The notes under the pieces are model-generated. The model did not search any database, had not been told where the DNA came from, and saw nothing but the letters and a program-made list of their open reading frames with translations. The position numbers and the translations under genes were made by a program. This document shows, in pieces, positions 1 to 8,066 of a stretch of DNA of 38,361 nt. How positions within the stretch are numbered: the first letter of the stretch is position 1; each line of letters opens with the position of its first letter. The stretch is from a virus (lineage: Duplodnaviria > Caudoviricetes): the IMG/VR virus record IMGVR_UViG_3300045000_000066, positions 1 to 38,361 of that record; one strand, 5' to 3'.

Positions 1-435
1 CGCCAGCTTGGCGGCGGCGGCCGTGGTGACCTTGCCCTCGGTGAACCGGTTGTCGCCCTGCTTGGCGGTCACCAGCTTGGTGGCGGCCATAGCCTTCTGG
101 CTGGGGGTCAGCTGACGGCGGATCGCGTTCGTCGACCAGACGTACGCGGCTGCGTCCGGGCCCTTGAACTTGGTCTCGGTGTGCGGGATGCCGAGACGCT
201 GGCAGGCACGCCACCGGTTGCGCCCGTCCAGGATCTTGCCCTCGTGCATGATGATCGGCTGGAGGAGGCCGTTGACCTTGATGTCCTCCACCAGCTCGTC
301 GAAGTCGTCCCCCGTGATCAGCGGGAACGCACCGGCGAGCGGGTGCCAGCGGTTGGAGTTGTCGACCGGGGCGGCCAGGGCGGTGACGGGGGCAACGGGC
401 TCTGGGACGGCCGGTGCTGTGGCGAGATCAGTCAT
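1..435 (-). CDS. ParB/Srx N-terminal domain protein (C-terminus runs off the left edge)
   Basis: Manual translation from ATG at 435: MTDLATAP...HPLAGAFPLITGDDFDELVEDIKVNGLLQPIIMHEGKILDGRNRWRAC...STNAIRRQLTPSQKA. It carries ParB-like GLLQPI and ILDGRNR motifs, with an AGGAGAG RBS upstream. Absent from the ORF track because it is open-ended. Confidence 0.8.
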   Translation of the reverse strand, partial: MTDLATAPAVPEPVAPVTALAAPVDNSNRWHPLAGAFPLITGDDFDELVEDIKVNGLLQPIIMHEGKILDGRNRWRACQRLGIPHTETKFKGPDAAAYVWSTNAIRRQLTPSQKAMAATKLVTAKQGDNRFTEGKVTTAAAAKLA

Positions 436-485
436 GGGCGTGCTCTCCTGGTTCCTGGGTGTGCTCGTACGGGGCGGCACGTAGG

Positions 486-668
486 TCACGAGGCTGCCTT
501 AGCCTCGTTGGTCTCGTGCTCGTCGAACCAGGCTTCGAGAGCCCAGCGGACGATCACGGACTTGGTGACGCCGCGCTTGGTGGCGGCGTCCTCGGCCTTC
601 TGCTTCATCTGAGGGGTCGTGGCCACCGCGAAGTGATCGGTGTAGACCTTCCCTGTCTTGGCTGGCAT
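486..668 (-). CDS. Small ribbon-helix-helix (CopG/Arc-like) DNA-binding protein, probably leaderless
   Basis: 60 aa MPAKTGKVYTDHFAVATTPQMKQKAEDAATKRGVTKSVIVRWALEAW, with a strand-helix-GVTKS-helix pattern. A TATGGT -10-like hexamer lies 7 nt before the ATG. Confidence 0.65.
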   Translation of the reverse strand: MPAKTGKVYTDHFAVATTPQMKQKAEDAATKRGVTKSVIVRWALEAWFDEHETNEAKAAS

Positions 669-734
669 GCTGTCAACCATACCCGAAAGATCAGATTTTG
701 TAACATCGCGTACTACGATCAAGGAGAGCAGACC

Positions 735-1310
735 ATGGAGATCACTGGACTTGACCTGGCGATGGGAGCAACCGGCCTGTGCCTGCCGGACGGCTCTGTG
801 CTGACCATCAAGCCCAAGGGCAAGGGCGACGCCCGCTACACGGAGGTCCGCGATCACATCCGGCTCGCGGTGCGCACCAGCCGGACCGACCTGGTGGTGC
901 TCGAATCGATCCAGGGGCGGAGCCTGAAGGGTGACGCGGCGATCGTCCTGCCGATGATGCACGGGGCGGTGCGCGCCATGCTGATGGACGATGGGGTGCC
1001 GTACGTGCTGCTCAACCAGAGCACCCTGAAGAAGTTCGCGACCGGCAACGGCGGCGCGGACAAGACCGCGATGGCGCTCGCCGCCTTCAAGCGGGCTCAC
1101 CTGGAGTTCGCCAACGACAACGAGTGCGATGCCTGGTGGCTGCACGCCGCCGGGATGTGGCGGGCGGAACGGCCGGTCGTCATGCTCCCGCTGCCTCAGC
1201 GGCAGGCTCTGGACGTCGCGGACTGGTCCCCGGTGGCGGTGGTCAAGGAGAGGCTGAGAGGCCGTTACGCGGCAACCTCGCAGCTTCTGGAGGATCCCTT
1301 CGCGGCCTGA
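735..1310 (+). CDS. ruvC: RuvC-like Holliday junction resolvase
   Basis: MEITGLDLA (first acidic residue), VVLE, LKKFATGNGGADK and NDNECDA match phage RuvC motifs. AAGGAG RBS. Confidence 0.8.
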   Translation: MEITGLDLAMGATGLCLPDGSVLTIKPKGKGDARYTEVRDHIRLAVRTSRTDLVVLESIQGRSLKGDAAIVLPMMHGAVRAMLMDDGVPYVLLNQSTLKKFATGNGGADKTAMALAAFKRAHLEFANDNECDAWWLHAAGMWRAERPVVMLPLPQRQALDVADWSPVAVVKERLRGRYAATSQLLEDPFAA

Positions 1311-1323
1311 CCCCGGACATGAC

Positions 1324-1360
1324 GAGAGCCCCACCGCAGGGGGGATGCGGTGGGGCTCTC
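1324..1360. terminator. Hairpin terminator between convergent genes
   Basis: Perfect 15-bp stem GAGAGCCCCACCGCA / TGCGGTGGGGCTCTC between the ruvC and SSB-like gene ends. Confidence 0.75.
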
Positions 1361-1421
1361 TGCTGTCCCCTACGTCGTGGGGTCAGCGGTCTGTCGTGGC
1401 CTCAGAACGGAGGTTCGTCGG

Positions 1422-2009
1422 TCACGCCACGGCGAAAGGGTCGTCGTCAACCTGAGTGACGAACGCCGTCGCGGCCTTGGCGTTGTCGGACGCCTTGGTC
1501 CACTTCGCCTTGTAGGTGTAGGCGTAGAAGCCGGAGCCCTTCTTGACCGGCTGGGTGCGGACGACCTGGAGGTAAGCACCCTTCTCCAGAGAGGCGGCGG
1601 CCTCCTTGAGAGCCGCGCCGATGGCGCTCTGGAGCTCGCCGCTGACGTACGCCCGACGCAGACCGTCGTCGTCCGGGACCGCTACCGGGATGTACTGGTT
1701 GGTCTCCCAGCTCTGCCCGGTGGGCTCGCACTGGAGGTCCAGCAGCATCTGCATCGCCGGGCGGGCGCCGCCATTGGCCTTGGCGTGCTCCGGGACCTGG
1801 CTGTCCAGGACGAGCTTCTTGCCGTAGAACCACTGGAGCTCGCCGGTGTCCATGTCGGTCTTCTGGACCGGGAACTGCCAGTCGACGACGGTGCCCTCGA
1901 CGATGGCGCCGACGGTCGGCCACTTGGCCGAAGTGATGGTGGTGCCACCGGCCAGGAAGTCCTGGGCTGCGGTGTCCGCGCTGTTCGAGCCGAACGGGTC
2001 GACGCTCAT
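1422..2009 (-). CDS. Putative single-stranded DNA-binding protein
   Basis: 195 aa, beta-rich (AKWPTVGAIVEGTVV...YAYTYKAKW), with an acidic DDDPF near the C-terminus. It follows the exonuclease gene. GAGG RBS. Confidence 0.55.
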   Translation of the reverse strand: MSVDPFGSNSADTAAQDFLAGGTTITSAKWPTVGAIVEGTVVDWQFPVQKTDMDTGELQWFYGKKLVLDSQVPEHAKANGGARPAMQMLLDLQCEPTGQSWETNQYIPVAVPDDDGLRRAYVSGELQSAIGAALKEAAASLEKGAYLQVVRTQPVKKGSGFYAYTYKAKWTKASDNAKAATAFVTQVDDDPFAVA

Positions 2010-2401
2010 GGTGGTGCCTCTCGCTTGGGTGTGGACGCTTGAACCTGTGAGTGGGTCCGCCGTGCAGCTACGACGTTGACCAGACCCGGACGCGGCCGCC
2101 GCCTTCCGACGGCCCAACTGCTATCCCTTGTCCGGTGCCTCCGGTTTCCCGGGGTGGTACATGAACCACCAGTGCTCCACCCGGGTCCGAACCGGTCTTC
2201 CCACCGAGTGGGACGCTTGTCGTCCAAGCTGTGGAGCGCCACGTTTTACGGCCGCCGCCCTTCGCAGTCCGGATCTCGCGGGTAGTCGGGTGTGGCCCGG
2301 TGGGCCGTGCCGAGGTGCCGGAGGATCCGCTGGTGAAGTCAAGTGGCCGGACCAGGTGGGGAGATCACGCTCCCACGTTCTGTGTGGCACCCGGTCCAGC
2401 C
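2010..2401 (-). ncRNA. Candidate structured non-coding or leader RNA containing a tRNA-like domain
   Basis: No credible ORF here. The minus strand forms multiple stems with G-U pairs and GAAA and GGAA tetraloops, plus a cloverleaf at 2173-2237. A TACGAT -10 hexamer lies at 2407-2412. Confidence 0.55.
2173..2237 (-). ncRNA. tRNA-like cloverleaf (non-canonical)
   Basis: GCTCCAC-A-GCTT GGACGAC AAGC-G-TCCCAC TCG GTGGGA-AGA-CCGG TTCGGAC CCGG-GTGGAGC-A. This gives a 7-bp acceptor stem, a D-arm with GG, an anticodon-like arm and a T-arm with TTCG. The anticodon loop and position 58 are atypical. Confidence 0.55.
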
Positions 2402-2406
2402 CTTGA

Positions 2407-2432
2407 ATCGTATCGCGAATTAGGTAATTCGC
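2407..2432 (-). promoter_or_regulatory. Promoter (-10 TACGAT) with an adjacent palindromic operator
   Basis: Perfect inverted repeat GCGAATTA-GG-TAATTCGC at 2415-2432, immediately upstream of the minus-strand TACGAT at 2407-2412. Confidence 0.55.
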
Positions 2433-2437
2433 CTAGC

Positions 2438-4966
2438 TCAGACGGCCCTCGCGAGCACATCCTGCATGATCTTCACGACCTCGTTCAGCCGGGTCATACC
2501 GATCTCCTGCACCTGCGCCCTCATGTCCGTGAAGACCTTGGACGCCTCCTCCCGTGAGGTGACGGCCGCTCCGATCTCTTCCCAGGTGGGAGCCTTGGGA
2601 GGCTCCGGTGCAGGGGCCACGACCGGCGCGGGCTCCGGCTTGGGTGCGGACAGGTCCACCAGCGCCACCAGGGACTTGATCACCTCGGCCGGGAGACCGG
2701 CCTCCTTGGCTGCCTTCCAGGCGGCTGATGCCTCCTCGCGGGTGCGGGCTCCCTGGAACTTGGCTTCCCAGTCGGCCACCGTCGGCCGGGTCTCGACCGG
2801 CAGAGTTGCCTTCTCCCCAACGACCGACTTGTACCCGGCCAGTTGGGCAGCCGTGGGCTTGCGGAACGCCTCCGGCGCCCGCCGGACGGCCTCTGCCACC
2901 ACCGGAGCCGCGAGCACCGCAGCCGGGACGCCGGTGACGGTGTCGTGCTCCGCACCGATCGGGAAGCCGTTGCCCGGCGCGGAGGTGAAGTCCTCCCCAC
3001 CGACGTCCTCCACGCTGATCGGAGCCTGCGGCATCTTGATCTTCCGCCAGTCGCGGACGACCTTGCAGAGCTTGGCACCCCGCCAACCCTCGGCCAGGTC
3101 GGCCGGGTAGAGGTCGCAACGGGCCTCGCTGTAGGGCATGTGCATCACGATGGCGACGTCCTCGCGGACCCTCGGCAGGCCCAGGTCGGCCAGTGAGGAC
3201 CAGGACCAGACCGGGTTGCCCGCCTCGTCGTGGGCGAGAGCGGCCACCCCGTTCTCGTTGACCGCGTGCGCGTAGATCGACAGCTGGATCTCGATCTCCG
3301 ACCACGCGTAGTCCAGCTGAGCGCCGGACTTCACGTCACCGATCACGTGGTCACCGAACGTCAGCTGGACCACCTCGCCGCTCTCCAGGACGAGCCGCAG
3401 CCCCTGCGGCCGGATCACCTCCAGCACGCGGTCGAAGGTCCCGACCACCCCCAGCTCCCGCGTCAGCACGGATCGCTCGATCATCCCGGCGACCGGCCGG
3501 AGACCCACACGCGCCATCTCGGCGAGGTAGGCGGCCACGTCCGGCCGGTACTCCTCCGGGACGTCCGCCAGGGCGCGGCGCCCTGAGTCGATCTCCTCCG
3601 TGTGCTTGTGGAGGATGGTGCCCTTCTTCGCGCGGTCCTTGGACCCGGCCGCCAGCTTGGCGTCCTCCACGACCCCGTTGAGGAACACGCGCTCCAGCTT
3701 GGCGACCTCGTACGGCACGCGGCCCTGCACGGCGGACGCCACCTTGGCGATCAGGTCCGGCCGGAGCGCGAGGCCCATGGCCGTCATCCGGCCCTTCCAC
3801 TGGTCCAGGGCGATCGAGTCGGCCACGGCCTCCGCGAACGTCGTGGTGCGGGTGAACTTGGTCCTCTTGCCGGTCTGGGGATGGGGGGCGGCGTACCGGC
3901 CGTTGACCACCGGCAGCTGGAGGGAGACGGCCTTGGGCTTGGCGGCCACCTTGGCCGCGCGCGCCGGACCGTCGTCGCAGCCGTCCTCCGGGTCGTCGTC
4001 GACCTCGCCGCAGCACTCCTCCCCCTCCCAGCCGCCTGCACCGTCGGCACGGATGGAATCCCCGGCATCGAAGTGCGTGCCGCAGGTGTCGCAGTCGCCG
4101 TCATACCGGGACGCGAAGTACCGCGCGGTGCGGACCTCGTCCTGGTCGGCGTCCCCGGAGAGGAACGAATCGGCCGCGCTCACCGGCGGCTTGTCGTCGT
4201 GGTTGCGGTCACCCAGGACGAGGGTGGTCACCGGGGCGCCGTTGGCTGCGGCGGCCGACGGGTTGAGCCAGCCGTTGGCGGCGTCCAGTGGCAGACCCAG
4301 GACGGCCGACGCAACGGCGTCCATGCGGGCTGCGGTCTCCGCCTTGGCCTCCGGGGTGCGCCGGTCCAGGTGCTCGATCAGCTCTTGGGTCTGCTTCGGC
4401 GTGGGGCCCTGCTTGAACCCAGGGAGCCAGCTCGCGTCGCCTGCGGTGGCGACGTCGCTGCGAGGGCGCTCCTGGTCCGGCCGGATGCCGTGATCCCGCG
4501 CCCGTGCCATCACGTCGTGGATGGCCTCTTCAACGTCGTACGGCAGCTCGCCCGGCGCGCTCATCGCGGCCGTGGCGTCCCGTACTTCGGCGGCCGTCGG
4601 CCGGAGGTCGATAGACCCGCCGTCCGGCGGCACTGCCCCCAGCGGCCAGTCGGAGCCGCCTGCACAGGCAGGCTGCCGTCCGTCCGGGCCCGGCTGACCG
4701 TTGGTCAGGTGGGAGCGGATCCGGCCGTTAGAGGTGAGCGGGTACGGCCGCTCGCACTCACGGCACAGCGCGTGACCGCCGGTCGCGTCGGTCGGCGGCT
4801 CGCCCTGGTCGGCGGACGCAGGGGCGAGCCCGCTGCCGGGGCACGCGGGGTTCTCGGCGGTGGCCCGCTTGCCGTTGGCCGCGTGGCTCCGCAGGACGCC
4901 GGTGGCGGTCTTGGACACGTCGGTCCGGGGGCACAGGGTGCAGGCGAACTTCTGGTTCTCATCCAT
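2438..4966 (-). CDS. Multidomain PD-(D/E)XK (Cas4/RecB-like) exonuclease with N-terminal Zn-finger motifs
   Basis: Nuclease motifs KGTILHKHTE, IERSV, GTFDRV, IGDVKSG and QLSIYA. Metal-binding motifs CTLC..H..C, CREC..H..C and CDTC. Two C-terminal REEAS helical repeats. Confidence 0.75.
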   Translation of the reverse strand: MDENQKFACTLCPRTDVSKTATGVLRSHAANGKRATAENPACPGSGLAPASADQGEPPTDATGGHALCRECERPYPLTSNGRIRSHLTNGQPGPDGRQPACAGGSDWPLGAVPPDGGSIDLRPTAAEVRDATAAMSAPGELPYDVEEAIHDVMARARDHGIRPDQERPRSDVATAGDASWLPGFKQGPTPKQTQELIEHLDRRTPEAKAETAARMDAVASAVLGLPLDAANGWLNPSAAAANGAPVTTLVLGDRNHDDKPPVSAADSFLSGDADQDEVRTARYFASRYDGDCDTCGTHFDAGDSIRADGAGGWEGEECCGEVDDDPEDGCDDGPARAAKVAAKPKAVSLQLPVVNGRYAAPHPQTGKRTKFTRTTTFAEAVADSIALDQWKGRMTAMGLALRPDLIAKVASAVQGRVPYEVAKLERVFLNGVVEDAKLAAGSKDRAKKGTILHKHTEEIDSGRRALADVPEEYRPDVAAYLAEMARVGLRPVAGMIERSVLTRELGVVGTFDRVLEVIRPQGLRLVLESGEVVQLTFGDHVIGDVKSGAQLDYAWSEIEIQLSIYAHAVNENGVAALAHDEAGNPVWSWSSLADLGLPRVREDVAIVMHMPYSEARCDLYPADLAEGWRGAKLCKVVRDWRKIKMPQAPISVEDVGGEDFTSAPGNGFPIGAEHDTVTGVPAAVLAAPVVAEAVRRAPEAFRKPTAAQLAGYKSVVGEKATLPVETRPTVADWEAKFQGARTREEASAAWKAAKEAGLPAEVIKSLVALVDLSAPKPEPAPVVAPAPEPPKAPTWEEIGAAVTSREEASKVFTDMRAQVQEIGMTRLNEVVKIMQDVLARAV

Positions 4967-5396
4967 GAACTAGCTCCTCGATCTGTACGGGGGGAAGGGC
5001 CCAGCACGGGCGGTTCCCCACGGTCACTGATGCGATCGACCACTCGCTGAAGCGGGTGGCCGTCTGGGTGAAGACCGTGGACCTCTCGGTCGTCACCCTC
5101 GTGTGGGTCAGGTCCAGTTGGAGGAAGGCGTCTCCCCTGCCCAGCCTGATCACGTAGTGCTCGAACTCCAGCCGGTGGTCCAGCCGCCCGAAGGCGATGA
5201 TCCGGCGGTCGCAGGCGGCCAGCTGCTCGATCGTTCCGACCACCTCGCGGCCGCCATCCCCGGTGAACTCTCCGAGCACGGGGATGGGGTACTCACCATG
5301 CCTGATCGGCCCGTCCGGCGCATCAAGGATGCGGCCATCCGTGGTGAGCTCCCCGGTCCGTCCGATGATCGCGACGAACACGATCCGTCTGCTCAT
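4959..5396 (-). CDS. Hypothetical protein resembling a degenerate prohead-protease domain
   Basis: ATG overlaps the helicase stop (ATGA). The 145 aa align by eye with the protease domain of 26974-29850. Confidence 0.6.
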   Translation of the reverse strand: MSRRIVFVAIIGRTGELTTDGRILDAPDGPIRHGEYPIPVLGEFTGDGGREVVGTIEQLAACDRRIIAFGRLDHRLEFEHYVIRLGRGDAFLQLDLTHTRVTTERSTVFTQTATRFSEWSIASVTVGNRPCWALPPVQIEELVHG

Positions 5397-7057
5397 ACCC
5401 GCACCCTCTTCATCCTCTCGTCGAACTTCCGGCTTGCCATGGAGACGCTGATCAGGTCGGAGACCTCGCCCTTGGTCGGGCTCTCGCCCACCGCGCAGCC
5501 GATCGACTTGGCCTTGCCGATGTGGCGAGGCTCGGCGGGCGAGCTGCGCCAGCGCTTGTCCTTGGCGGAGAGAGCGAAGGCTGACGCGCCCGCCTCCGTC
5601 TCCGCCCACGCCATCGCCATGCCCAGCGACAGACCCCGGTGCAGCCGCTGCCAGGGCGCGGGCCGGGACGATGAGTAGCACACCGCCCAGGTCTCGTCCT
5701 CGTCCGGCCAGAGGAAGATCTCGCCGTCACCCCGGCTGAGGAACATCACCCCGCCGGGCGTGCGCAGCCAGGCGTGAGAGCTCGACGCGAACAGGTCCAC
5801 GTCCCGGTAACGGAGGGCGAAGAGCAGGTTGTTGGAGGAGATCGTCTGGTCGGCCCGCTCCTCCTGCCGGGCGTACGCCTCTGCCAGCGACTCGCCGGTG
5901 GACGGCGGGGTCACCAGGCCGGGGTCCAGGTCGATCAGAGTGGCCAGCGCACCGCCCTCCCCGACCACGTTGAGCACCAGGGCGTCGGTCTTGCCGGGCC
6001 ACGGGCGCAGCACCCGGCCGACCATCTGGATGTAGAGACCGGCGCTCTTGGTCGGGCGGGCGATCACGGCGCAGTCGGCCCACGGGAAGTCAGCACCCTC
6101 GGTGAGCACCATGCAGTTGACCAGGGCCCTGATCTCGCCCCGGCGGTACTGCCCGTAGATCTTCAGCCGGTCCTCGCGGGAGGTCTCGCCGGTGACCGGC
6201 TCGGAGGGGATCCCGGCGCGGTCCAGGGCGTCCACCGTGGCCCAGGTCGACTGGACGTCGGGGCAGAACACGATCGGCCTGCGACCGGCCGCGTGACGGC
6301 GGATCGTCTCGGCGATGGCCTCCGGGGCGCCCGCCTCCACCATCGCGCTGCCAAGGGACTTGGCCTGGTAGTCGCCACCAGAGGTCTTGACCTTGCTGAG
6401 GTCCAGCTCCAGGTCGACGGTCCGGCCGCGCACGTCCACCAGGTAGCCACGGCTGATCATCCACAGCGTGGTCTTGGTGTACGTGATCTCCTCCCACACG
6501 TTGCCCAGGCCCACCCCGTCACCCCGGACCATGGTGGCGGTGAAGCCCACGGCGCGCGTCCCCTCCCACTGGCCGTAGGCGTTCTCCTCGCCCCGGTCGT
6601 AGCAGCCCAGCGCCTGAAGGATCTTCAGGTAGCTGGTGGCGGCGGCGTGGTGGCACTCGTCAACGATCACCATGCCGATCGGCCGGGATCCGCCGATCAT
6701 CTCCTGGCTGTTGACCAGCCAGTCCAGCCGGTTCTGCCGGGCCAGGGTCTGCACAGAGCAGACCATCACGTCGGCGTGGACCTCGTTGTCGGCCGCCTTG
6801 ACCTTGCCGATCTCCAGGTGCGGGGCGACCGCGCGCATCTTGGCGATGGCCTGGTCCGCGAGCTCGTCCCGGTGCACGAGCACGACCACCCGGGTCTGCT
6901 CGCGCTCCAGCCACTCGGCCGCCAGGTGGGAGAAGACCACGGTCTTCCCGGCGCCGGTCGGCAGCACGACGGCCGGGCGCTGGGTGTTGTACCAGGCAGC
7001 CCGGACCAGGTCCATGCACTCCAGCTGATAGTCCCGCAGGTGCAGGGTCTCGGTCAT
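5393..7057 (-). CDS. Superfamily 2 DExH helicase (ResIII/RadD/Irc3-like)
   Basis: Motifs LRDYQ, LPTGAGKT, IVDECHH, GFTAT, VLTEGADFP and YIQMVGRVLR. ATG at 7057 overlaps the upstream stop, with a GGGAGGG RBS. Confidence 0.9.
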   Translation of the reverse strand: MTETLHLRDYQLECMDLVRAAWYNTQRPAVVLPTGAGKTVVFSHLAAEWLEREQTRVVVLVHRDELADQAIAKMRAVAPHLEIGKVKAADNEVHADVMVCSVQTLARQNRLDWLVNSQEMIGGSRPIGMVIVDECHHAAATSYLKILQALGCYDRGEENAYGQWEGTRAVGFTATMVRGDGVGLGNVWEEITYTKTTLWMISRGYLVDVRGRTVDLELDLSKVKTSGGDYQAKSLGSAMVEAGAPEAIAETIRRHAAGRRPIVFCPDVQSTWATVDALDRAGIPSEPVTGETSREDRLKIYGQYRRGEIRALVNCMVLTEGADFPWADCAVIARPTKSAGLYIQMVGRVLRPWPGKTDALVLNVVGEGGALATLIDLDPGLVTPPSTGESLAEAYARQEERADQTISSNNLLFALRYRDVDLFASSSHAWLRTPGGVMFLSRGDGEIFLWPDEDETWAVCYSSSRPAPWQRLHRGLSLGMAMAWAETEAGASAFALSAKDKRWRSSPAEPRHIGKAKSIGCAVGESPTKGEVSDLISVSMASRKFDERMKRVRV

Positions 7058-7398
7058 CTCTTCCCTCCCGGGAGCGGTGTGTAGTTGAAGCTGGGGCGCC
7101 GGGTCCTGTGCGGGCTGCGGTACCAGCGGTAGCTCAGGGCGGTCCATCCGAGCAGGCTCGCGGCGACCGCGCGGTGGTGACCGTCGGAGAGGAACAGGGC
7201 CCCACCCGACAGCACCGCGATGGTGACCGGGTGGAGCTGACCCTCCGTCTGCATCGACTCCAGCAGAGGGTCCAGGATGGCCCTCTCCCGCTCTACGATC
7301 TCTTCCAGGGTGAGGGCCCAGGTGGGGTAGTCCCCGGACCTCACGTCACCCTCCCGCAGCCGCCTCAGGTCGATCTGCGGCCAGTCCCCGCGCGCCAT
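7054..7398 (-). CDS. Small ParB/Sulfiredoxin-domain protein
   Basis: LESMQTEGQLHPVTI...LSDGHHRAVAA motif. Coupled to both neighbouring genes. Confidence 0.7.
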   Translation of the reverse strand: MARGDWPQIDLRRLREGDVRSGDYPTWALTLEEIVERERAILDPLLESMQTEGQLHPVTIAVLSGGALFLSDGHHRAVAASLLGWTALSYRWYRSPHRTRRPSFNYTPLPGGKR

Positions 7399-8066
7399 CA
7401 GCTATCGGCCCGCTCGTACCGGGGCGCCTGGTCGTACCGCTCGGCACCACCCTGGTCCAGCTCTGCGGTGACCTCCCCGACCGGCACGCTGTAGAGCGCC
7501 AGCCAGGTCTCGCCCGTCCGGCCGCCGTCGACCTCTGAGCCGTCGATCTCGAACGCCACGTCAACCGTCGGTTCCGGCAGCTGCACGTCGCTGATCGCCT
7601 TGAACTCCCGCAGCACCGGGCCGGGATGACCCGCCGCGCGGCGGCACTCCGGCATGCGGGCTGCCTCGGCCAGTGCGGCCTCCGCCTCGCGCCAGTCGAT
7701 GATCTCGATCCACTTGCAGGCCATCGCGGCGACCTGCACGAGCTCCGCCCGCAGCTCCGTCCGGTTCCCGGCGACCGCCTGCGTCAGTGCCTCGAAGACC
7801 TCTTCGAGGAAGGCGACGGTCATGTTGCGGGGGTCGGGGGTGGCCCCGGCCCGCCACTCGTCCCGGAGGGTGTCGCAGCGGTTCTTGAGGATCAGCTCCC
7901 AGGTGGCGTAGCTCCGGCCGATCAGCATGGTGCCGTCGTCCGTGCCGTCGTTGTCCTGGAGCCGCTGGACGCCCCACTTCTCATCCTGGTGGGTACGCTC
8001 GGCGGCGACCTCGGCCAGGACGCGGGCGGTGCGGCGGGCGGCGATGAACTCCGGGCCGGTGGTCAC
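7398..8066 (-). CDS. MazG-like (all-alpha) nucleotide pyrophosphohydrolase-domain protein
   Basis: AERTHQDEKWG...FLEEVFEA...LRAELVQVAAMACKWIE pattern. GTG start inferred. Confidence 0.55.
   Translation of the reverse strand: MTTGPEFIAARRTARVLAEVAAERTHQDEKWGVQRLQDNDGTDDGTMLIGRSYATWELILKNRCDTLRDEWRAGATPDPRNMTVAFLEEVFEALTQAVAGNRTELRAELVQVAAMACKWIEIIDWREAEAALAEAARMPECRRAAGHPGPVLREFKAISDVQLPEPTVDVAFEIDGSEVDGGRTGETWLALYSVPVGEVTAELDQGGAERYDQAPRYERADS

Noticed and set aside
2173-2237. Call as a functional tRNA-Arg(TCG)
   Set aside because: It lacks U33, has an atypical acceptor-D linker, a 4-bp T-stem and G at position 58. Reported only as tRNA-like.
2438-4966. Cas4-like nuclease as evidence of a CRISPR-Cas system
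   Set aside because: No repeat-spacer array or other cas genes are present. Such nucleases are routine phage recombination exonucleases.
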